From contig JBHGNT010000714.1 of NCBI GenBank assembly GCA_043228905.1, forward strand, positions 1 through 16,905: 16,905 nucleotides of DNA. The letters run 5' to 3'. The stretch is from Azolla caroliniana (taxonomy: Eukaryota > Plantae > Polypodiophyta). Made by a program: the position numbers and the translations under genes. The notes under the pieces are model-generated. The model did not search any database, was not told where the DNA came from, and was given only the letters and a program-made list of their open reading frames with translations. Shown here one piece after another: positions 1 through 7,444 of the stretch. The number at the start of each line of letters is the position of its first letter. The stretch's first letter is position 1.

Positions 1-111
1 CCTCTTCTCACTTCCTCTCTCGGGAATCTCAAGCAGTCCCATCTTCTTAGTACTAATAGTACTTCCCTTCTTAGTACTAATTCTATCTCTGCTTTAGTAC
101 TATTCCTGACA
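1..111 (+). repeat. 3' (U5) end of a chromovirus-type LTR related to, but diverged from, the LTRs at 5675-6147 and 10989-11461; 3' LTR or solo LTR, cut by the window edge
   Basis: Ends in TTCCTGACA, as both LTRs of the young element do. It has the same CT-rich text with repeated TAGTACT(A) palindromes. Copia coding sequence follows directly, with no PBS. Confidence 0.8.
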
Positions 112-585
112 GCGAAAATGGTAGAGTATGAAGACGATCACTTCAACATCAACGAATCGACTCACTCCCTCGATAGTGAGCCCGAAGGGCTCGACATCTA
201 GACAAATGGAGTGAAGAAAGCCTTAGTATTCGCGAACGGAAAGCTACGCGAGTCCACTCGAGAGAAGAACCCCGTAAGCCGTTACAGCTACAATGAGTAC
301 ATGGCGTATCATTATGCCTTTATGATGAAGGTGGCGTTACTACGAGAGCCGGAAACCCTTTCCGAAGCTATAAAGGATCCGCGATGGGTCAACGCGATGA
401 ATGAAGAAATGCAAGCCCTATGCAAAAACGAGACATGGGATCTCGTTCCTCACATTCTGCACAAGAAAGAAATTGGTTGCCAATGGATTTACAAAGTAAA
501 AGACAATGTTGACGGCTCTATAAATCGCTTTAAAGCACGGCTCGTTACGAAAGGATATGCGCAAACGCACGACGTCGACTATGAG
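112..585 (+). pseudogene. Ty1/copia pol fragment (integrase-RT linker and N-terminus of reverse transcriptase)
   Basis: Translation gives EPETLSEA..W..AMNEEMQAL..NETWDLVP..IGCQWIYKVK..DGSINRFKARLVTKGYAQ..VDYE, the canonical copia RT start. There is an in-frame TAG at 199-201, and homology stops abruptly after DYE (~585). Confidence 0.9.
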
Positions 586-969
586 CTTGAACATTCTTCC
601 GAATGACTCTTCCATCTGTTGTTCGCTCTGATATCAGATTGTGCGGAATGACGCTTGGCCACACCGGAATGATTTTTCATCCATAATTTTCTCTCCCCCT
701 TTATTACATTTTGCTCCCAATCCTTATATAGTGATGAGACAGTCTTAGTAATCCATGCTTTTTCTAACCTTATGCGTTTTTATCGACTATAGTGTTCATG
801 CACGCTAAATGTGCATGTGTAGCTTTTTTCTATCATGCGTTTTTCTTCTAACTAAAGCTTTTTCCTAGAAAATATATGTGAACTTTACCTTTTTATGTGG
901 GATATCTACTTTTTAACACTTATGATGTGTTAGTATAATGGTTAGCCTTTACATTATAAACATGGAAGT
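586..969 (-). repeat. Inverted fragment of an LTR related to the LTR at 11467-12007, with adjacent PBS-like site
   Basis: The reverse complement of 786-826 matches 11746-11786 at 35/41 by eye. Minus-strand CACTATATAAGGA (721-733) parallels CACTATAAAAGGA (11833-11845). The A-box segment 926-943 parallels 11616-11633. Confidence 0.65.
625..636 (-). promoter_or_regulatory. Putative tRNA-iMet primer-binding site
   Basis: Minus strand reads TGATATCAGAGC, 11/12 identical to the plant PBS TGGTATCAGAGC. It lies 3 nt after a CA (641-640) that could be an LTR end. Confidence 0.5.
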
Positions 970-1924
970 GCTAGAAATTTCGAAGAAAGCCGACCATGAT
1001 GAAATCCGAAGTGCTGAGGAATGTATTCGGGAAGCTATGGGATGGGAGTGCCCCATAGATAAGAATAGCGTACATGCGCTATGTCAATTGCATGAAGTGT
1101 ATGTAGACGAGAGAAGATGGCGCATGGATGATGCGGCCAGACCATCGAAGACACCGGAAAGCAGGAACTCCGGAGGGAAGGAAAAAGAAAAGATGATTCT
1201 GTCATTCAAGCTCACTTCGGACATCGAGCAACGGACATACATAAAGAAAGTGTTTGAGGAGAGAATCCTCGACAGCCGGGTAGATTTTTCGCTTCGGGAA
1301 CTACTCGGAATAGCAAAAGAGGAGTTCCATGATCTTCTTGTGGATCTCGTAAAAAGAAAAAGACAAACTACGGAGGAAAATGCGCCGATGGTGAATGCAA
1401 ATACCATTCTGATGAACGATACCGAAGTGGAGGACGAAATTCCGAACTCCCACTACACAAGGCCACACTGGGCACGTGCAACTATGGAGACTCCGGTCCG
1501 GATCGGCAATATGAAAGAGCCCGTGCTAGCATTGATTGATCACGGATCGGAGATCAATTTGATGTCTAAGGAGTTCTACCGGAAGGGGAAGTGGCCTATT
1601 AACACCAATCATGGATGGCAGATCCGGGCGACCACTAAAGCAACGGAAGATCTATTTGCGGCTTGTCCGGATGTGACGGTGAAGATCAGGGATGTCGAGA
1701 TCGACCAAAATTTCTTTGTGCAAGAAGAGGTCTCACACTCCATGATCCTTGGGCAACCCTTTATCACGTCTTCACGGATGGAGACAAAGGTGCTCGATAG
1801 CGGTGCGGCTTTTGCACGAATTCGGAGCCAAAACGGAGAGAAATCCGTCCAATTCCTAACGGTGCCGGCAAATCATGAAAGGAACAAGAGAGAGGTCTTG
1901 TCCCAAACAAGGATGGATTTTTAG
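970..1924 (+). pseudogene. 3' part of gag plus aspartic protease of the old gypsy element
   Basis: ORF 938-1924 contains ALIDHGSEINLM (catalytic D-x-G) and the downstream ILGQPF protease motif. The first ~11 codons appear to come from the inverted LTR fragment. Confidence 0.8.
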
Positions 1925-1978
1925 AGCAGGCTATTGCAGAGTGGGGAAGTGATAGTCCGAGAAGCCCTGATACCCCAC
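1915..1978 (+). promoter_or_regulatory. Putative -1 ribosomal frameshift signal (G_GAU_UUU plus pseudoknot)
   Basis: Heptamer GGATTTT (1915-1921) is in the correct phase directly before the TAG, and the -1 frame is the pol frame. Stem 1929-1937/1949-1957; loop GTGGGG (1941-1946) is complementary to CCCCAC (1973-1978). Confidence 0.7.
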
Positions 1979-4626
1979 ACAGGAAGGAAATTCTCGGAGC
2001 AAGACAAGTACGAATCGGTCCGGATGGGGTATCTACGTACACGGCCGTAACCGGAGGAATGAAGAAAGAATACCGAAAAGTGGAGGGTAAGCTACGGTCG
2101 GCATGAATAATAAAAGAAGATGAAGAAATCGTGGGAATAGTTGAAGAAGTGTTCTATGGGAGCACGCTACAATGGCTTGAAGAGCTCGCGGACGATACAA
2201 GCCAGGGAGACCAGGTAGTCCCGGTGGAATCGGTCGAGATGTACGAGATCATTATGAAAATGGGGCTGGATGCGCTCCGTAAAGAAGAAGCAATGGTCTG
2301 TACGAAATACAAGACCGTGGAGAAGAAATTGAAACCGGCTGCGCGACCGTTACCCGCCGATAGCAAACAAAAGAAGAAAGAAGTCTTGGGGGATCCGACA
2401 CTTCGGAAGTCCATGGATATCGGACATGCCTTCACGGATGAGACCCGGAAGAAACTTCGGATCGGTGGAGGTGGGTTCCTATTAAAGAATGAAGAAGAAC
2501 GATTCTGTGGGATGCTAGCGCGACATGGGAGAGCATTTGCATTTACATCGAAAGAAATAGGATGCGGTGACCCGAAGATAGTGGAGCCAATGGTGATATT
2601 CATGACTAACCATGTGCCGTGGAACCTGAAGCCGATTCCGGTGCCACGGGCACATATTCCGAAAATCATCGACTTGCTCAAGGAGAAGGTGGCGATCGGG
2701 ATTCTAGAGCCATCAAATGCTCCGTACTCAAATCGATGGTTTACGGTTCCGAAGAAGAATGGGTCACTTTGATTTATCCAAGACTTGCAACCGGTGAACA
2801 AGGTCACGATCCGGAACTCCAGAGTCGGTCCGATAGTGGATGAATTTGCGGAAGCATTTGCCAGTCGTGCGATATACTCCATCGGAGACCTATACTCGGG
2901 GTATGCCCAATTCCAACTAGCTATAGAGAGTCGAGACATCACTACCATGCGAACACCGATAGGATTAGTTCGAATGTGCACACTACCACAAGGAGCGACA
3001 AACTCAGTGATACATATGATGAATGTGATGAACAAGGTGCTTCGAGATTGCATTCCGGAGATAATGATGCCATTCCTAGATGACATTCTGATTAAAGGAT
3101 GCGCGGTAGAAGAAAAAGATGAAACTATGGATGATCGGGGATGCCGAAAGTTCGTAGTCGACCATATTCGTGATTGTGAGAAAGTGCTTAGAAAGCTAGA
3201 AGATGTGCACCTAACACTTTCCGCTGAGAAATCGGCATTCAGGCAAGAAGAAATATTGGTAGTCGGACATCTATGTGGGCCCTACGGCTGAAGACTGTCA
3301 GCAACCAAGATCGATATGACTCAAGCTATGAAAGAAGTATGCGAGTCACAATCCAAAGTCCGAAGGTTTCTTGGAGCATGTGCATTCTATCACATATGGA
3401 TTCCACACTATCCACATATTGTGGACCCACTCTATCACTTGTTGCGGAAGGGTAAGAAGTTCGAATGGAAACCGGAGCATACCAAAGCCGTGAAGAAGCT
3501 CAAGAAATCACTACGGAGGGCAAAAGCACTAAAGAAGCCGAACTATGACCGACCGATCATAGTAACGGTGGACACAAGTCCAACCAGAATCGGATGGGTC
3601 ATCAATCAAGCCGATTCGGATGGTTTGCGATATCCGATCCGATTCGGAGCAAAGGTTCTCAATGAAAGGCAACGCGGATATAGACAAGTCAAAAGAGAAT
3701 TATGGGGAGTCGTGTCGGCAATCAAATCGGATCGAGATTATTTGATCGGAGCCGAAGTAGTGATCGAAATGGATTGTCTTCCAATACTTGGGATGATGCG
3801 GTGTTGCACGATACCGGATGTGGCTATGCTAAGATGGATTGCATATGTTAAGTCGCTTAATCCGGAGGTACGACACATCTCCGGAAAAGACAACGCGGTA
3901 GCGGATATGCTATCAAGGGCGCGGTTCGGAGACGACATAACCGAATCTGATAATGAAGAAGTTTCCGAAGACTACTTTGCTTCGGAGCACATATGCCGGG
4001 TGAACGTAATCCGAAAATTCTGGGAAGAAGAATACAAGGGAGAAAGCTTGTTGATCGGGAAAGTGCTCCAAGAAATCGAGGAGTCATCAGACAATAAAGA
4101 GAAGAGAGCCAAGATCCGAAGTAAGAAGCGGCAAGTCCGAAAGTTCTTCTTGAAAAATGGATTAATATGGAGGGAGCCGAAAAGACCGGATGGCATACCA
4201 CTTCGGGTAGTCGGGACGAAAGAGCAACGAAACCCGATAATATCCGAGTTTCACGAAACCGATTGGGCTGGACATCGAGGAACATCAAACAAAAATATTG
4301 GTGGAAGAACATGTACAAAGATATAGCGGAGTTCACGGAAATCTGCGAGAAGTGTCAAATCTACTCTAGAGTTCGACACCGAGATGAGTTACATCCGACA
4401 TTCTCACCGACAATGAACTTCAAATTGATGGTCGACATTGTAGCCATGCCAACCGGGATCAGACAAAAGAAGTAGTTGGTGTTAGCTCGGGAAGATCTCA
4501 CAAACCAAGTAGAAGGCCGAGCGCTACGGAGGAAAATGTGTTTTGCGGTATGCCAATTTTTTTTGGAGGAGGTGTTTTGCAGATACGGGTGCGTAGGATA
4601 ACTGATTGCGGATCGGGCAAAACTTG

Positions 4627-4976
4627 ACTCTGACAAAGCTAGGGGATGCTTCGCCAAACATGGAGTTCGGTTAACACTGACAACGACATACAATCCGGAA
4701 GCCAACAGGAAGATCGAACGAGGACATAGTTTGATTGTAAAAGCACTTGCGAAAGCATGCTACAGAAGGGTGAAGGATTGGCCTCAGATGCTCCCATATG
4801 CACTCTGACAAAGCTAGGGGATTCTTCGCCAAACATGGAGTTCGGTTAACACTGATAACGGCATACAATCCGGAAGCCAACAAGAAGATCGAACGAGGAC
4901 ATAGTCCGTTCGTGAAAGCACTTGCCAAAGCATGCGACGGAAGGGTGAAGGATTGGCCGCAGATGCTTCCATATGC
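4627..4976 (+). repeat. 175-bp tandem duplication inside the integrase core
   Basis: 4627-4801 and 4802-4976 align without gaps, with about 14 substitutions by hand count. Confidence 0.95.
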
Positions 4977-5656
4977 AGTATGGGTGGATCGGACGACGCA
5001 TAGCTCCGTAACCGGTACATGCCGGCAGAACTCATGACCGGACAAGCACCGGTAATGCCAACGGAAACCGCGATCGCAACATGGACAGTGCTACCGAGGA
5101 AGGAAGAGATGAGCCGGGAAGAACTACTAGCAGTCCGGATACGACAACTAGAGGGAAGACCGGAAGACATAACAGAAGCAATACGCCGACAACAAGAAGT
5201 GCGATTCTGGAATAAAAGCCGGTTTGACGCAAAGCACCGACTACGACCGCGGAAGATTGAAGAAGGAGATTGGGTGATTGTCTATGACAATAGTTTGGAT
5301 CATCAACATACAATGATGCGAAGTTTCGCGAAAAGGTAGTTCGGGCCATACGAGGTTCGGAAAGTTTTCGACAACGGAACTTACCGACTATGAGAGTTGG
5401 ATGGAACGATACTACGAGTGCCTATAGCCGGGAAACGGGTGAAGATTTTCAAAAAGTGGATTGATGAAGAACCCTATGTGATCCTAGATAAGACTGACAA
5501 GGAGGAGCAATTGGACGAAGATCGTGGTGATGTGGAAAGAGAAGAAAGTGGATTACAACTTATAGTCGACTTAAGGGGAGAATCGGAGGAAGCTTCGGAT
5601 AAAGGTGAAAAATAAGCATCAGGGACTTCGGCACATATCGGAGGATGTGCGGGTTC

Positions 5657-5668
5657 GGAGGGGGCGAG
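5657..5668 (+). promoter_or_regulatory. Polypurine tract of the old gypsy element
   Basis: GGAGGGGGCGAG lies about 40 nt after the pol stop and immediately before TG(TTGT). Confidence 0.75.
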
Positions 5669-5674
5669 TGTTGT

Positions 5675-5964
5675 TGTCATAACTAGACTCGAACCCATAA
5701 CCTTTTGTTACACGGGTCGAGACTTTACCATTAGGTTATGAATTGTAATTTGAAGGATATTATTTTCATTTAGGTTTTATTGGGAAATTGATGTATATTC
5801 CAGATTTCTCTGGAACATTCTAGAAACTTCAGGAGTATTCCTGAAGACACTATAAAAGGAGGCGCAAGGCATTAGTTCGAACCAAATCGGTTCAACGCCA
5901 GTCTTAAGCCTTCTAACTACTGTTGTATATCTTCCTTCATATAATACATATATCTTTCGCATCA

Positions 5965-6014
<50 letters not shown>

Positions 6015-6147
6015 ACTCATTCCTTCTCTCAAAGTTCGACACCTCTCATAGTACTAATCCTTCTCTGTCTTAGTACTATTCCCCAACAATAGTACTAATC
6101 CTTCTTTTAGTACTAATTCCTTCTCTGCCTTAATAGAGTTCCTGACA
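5675..6147 (+). repeat. 5' LTR of the chromovirus
   Basis: Matches 10989-11461 except G5756 versus A11070. Contains TATAAAA at 5851 and a (TC)n tract at ~5969-6010. Confidence 0.98.
5851..5857 (+). promoter_or_regulatory. TATA box of the chromovirus LTR
   Basis: TATAAAA lies 34 nt upstream of the predicted transcript 5' end (5885). It is repeated at 11165-11171. Confidence 0.75.
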
Positions 6148-6149
6148 GT

Positions 6150-6160
6150 TTGAACCGATT
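6150..6160 (+). promoter_or_regulatory. Primer-binding site complementary to the element's own LTR (self-priming type)
   Basis: TTGAACCGATT, 2 nt after the LTR, is the exact reverse complement of AATCGGTTCAA at 5885-5895. There is no TGG-starting tRNA PBS. Confidence 0.8.
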
Positions 6161-6248
6161 CTTGGGTGCCTGTCTGGTCTTTTCTCTCCCTCTTCCTTCT
6201 GTCTCCCTCCTTTCCTACTAGTCTCTTATTTCCCTTTTCCTTCATCCC

Positions 6249-7412
6249 ATGGCCACCGTTAGCGCTGAAGAGTATCAATCCGTTTTCTCGGAATTTCAAT
6301 GCTTGAAAGAGAAGTTTCATGCTTTGGAACAAGAAAATCAACGCTTGTTGGGGGATCTTCAGCAAATTTCCTTAGAAAAGCAGCAAACGCAACAACAACA
6401 TGGGGAACTTGCGTTACGCGTGCAACAACTCGAAGCAACCATCGTAGCAATGCAACAACAAGGGCACGGAGCACAAGGGATTCATAAAGAACCCAAGATT
6501 GGCCTTCCCACGAAGTTCGATGGAACGCAATCGCAGTTTAGAGGGTTTCTTAACCAGGTACGGTTAGTTATTCAAATGCATCCGTCCCGATATCCCACCG
6601 ATGCATCACGAGTGGGTTTAGTAGGCACGTTGTTAAATGGCTCAGCATTAGCATGGTTCGCTCCGCTACTAGAAAAGGAATCTCCAGTACTAAATAATTT
6701 TGAAGAATTCATAAGTGAGTTTAAAGCATGTTTTGGAGATACTGACAGCATAAGGACTGCAATCAACAAAATCCGGCGATTACGCCAAGGTGACCGTCCA
6801 GCCTCCGCATATGCTGCAGATTTCCGTCTACTCGCCGCTGATATCCCCTGGGATGATCAAGCATTGATGGAGCAGTTCCGCTATGGTCTACGCAACGATG
6901 TCAAGGATTTACTCTTGACTTTCCCTGAAGAGCCAAAATCATTAACAGAAGCAATCAGTCGAGCGGTCAGATGTGACAACCGCCTCTTCGAGCGACGTTC
7001 GGAACGACAATTTCAGATGCCGAGGGCAAGATCCGAGCCTACCTATGCCTCAGTGGTAGCGAAACCTTTTCAAAGGGAGTCACATAATGCGCCTCCAGTA
7101 AGTACTCCAACTCCAATGGAAATTGACACTACACGTCGTCGTGGGCCGCTATCGGAGGAGGAAAAGCAACGACGCCGAACAAACCGATTATGCCTTTATT
7201 GCGGTGGACCAGGGCATATCGCGATAAACTGTCCCCATAGACCAAGAAGGCAGGTAAACCAAGTCGTTGTTAGTTCTGACTATACTAAACCCGAGTCTAT
7301 TTTAGTAGGAATCTCTGATAGTCCTCATAGTTATAATAGTCCTAATAGTAGTCCGAATCTCGCAAACAAATTTGATGTCCTTAGCCAATTAGAAGAAGAG
7401 TTAAACGACTAA
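6249..7412 (+). CDS. gag: Gag of the chromovirus (coiled-coil N-terminus, retrotransposon capsid domain, CCHC zinc knuckle)
   Basis: Intact 387-aa ORF with P.KFDG...FL.Q, LRQG, PTPMEID and CLYCGGPGHIAINC (7191-7232). Confidence 0.95.
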   Translation: MATVSAEEYQSVFSEFQCLKEKFHALEQENQRLLGDLQQISLEKQQTQQQHGELALRVQQLEATIVAMQQQGHGAQGIHKEPKIGLPTKFDGTQSQFRGFLNQVRLVIQMHPSRYPTDASRVGLVGTLLNGSALAWFAPLLEKESPVLNNFEEFISEFKACFGDTDSIRTAINKIRRLRQGDRPASAYAADFRLLAADIPWDDQALMEQFRYGLRNDVKDLLLTFPEEPKSLTEAISRAVRCDNRLFERRSERQFQMPRARSEPTYASVVAKPFQRESHNAPPVSTPTPMEIDTTRRRGPLSEEEKQRRRTNRLCLYCGGPGHIAINCPHRPRRQVNQVVVSSDYTKPESILVGISDSPHSYNSPNSSPNLANKFDVLSQLEEELND

Positions 7413-7444
7413 GTCCAGCCAAAATAGGAGCCGTTTGGTTGGAC
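7400..7444 (+). promoter_or_regulatory. Putative -1 ribosomal frameshift signal (G_UUA_AAC plus 11-bp stem-loop)
   Basis: GTTAAAC (7400-7406) is in gag phase inside the 28-nt gag/pol overlap. A 6-nt spacer precedes stem GTCCAGCCAAA (7413-7423) / TTTGGTTGGAC (7434-7444). Confidence 0.8.

Larger units (their letters stand above)
1915..5615 (+). pseudogene. Decayed pol (RT-RNase H-integrase) of the old gypsy element
   Basis: RT: WFTVPKKNGSL*FIQDL, DLYSGYAQ, LPQGATNS, PFLDD. RNase H: VDTSP, KRELWGVV, DCLP, NAVADMLSR. Integrase: H..GHRG..CEKCQ, VDIVAM, IADR, YNPEAN..IERGH, *FGPY. In-frame stops at 2104, 2770, 3289, 4473, 4599, 5337 and 5391; frameshifts near 4285, 4802 and 5015. Confidence 0.92.

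Noticed and set aside
938-969. ATG at 938 as the gag start
   Set aside because: It lies in the inverted LTR-like fragment (inside the A-box look-alike), so the ORF start is a fusion artefact.
2154-3086. 310-aa minus-strand ORF and the other antisense or alternate-frame ORFs over both pol genes
   Set aside because: These are shadows of retroelement coding sequence and show no recognisable motifs.
5777-6016. Twin 79-aa ERERER ORFs (also 11091-11330)
   Set aside because: They are antisense translations of the (TC)n tract in the two LTRs.
6049-6115. CRISPR-like array from spaced TAGTACTA repeats
   Set aside because: The repeats are only 8 bp, lie within an LTR, and have no cas genes nearby in a eukaryotic context.
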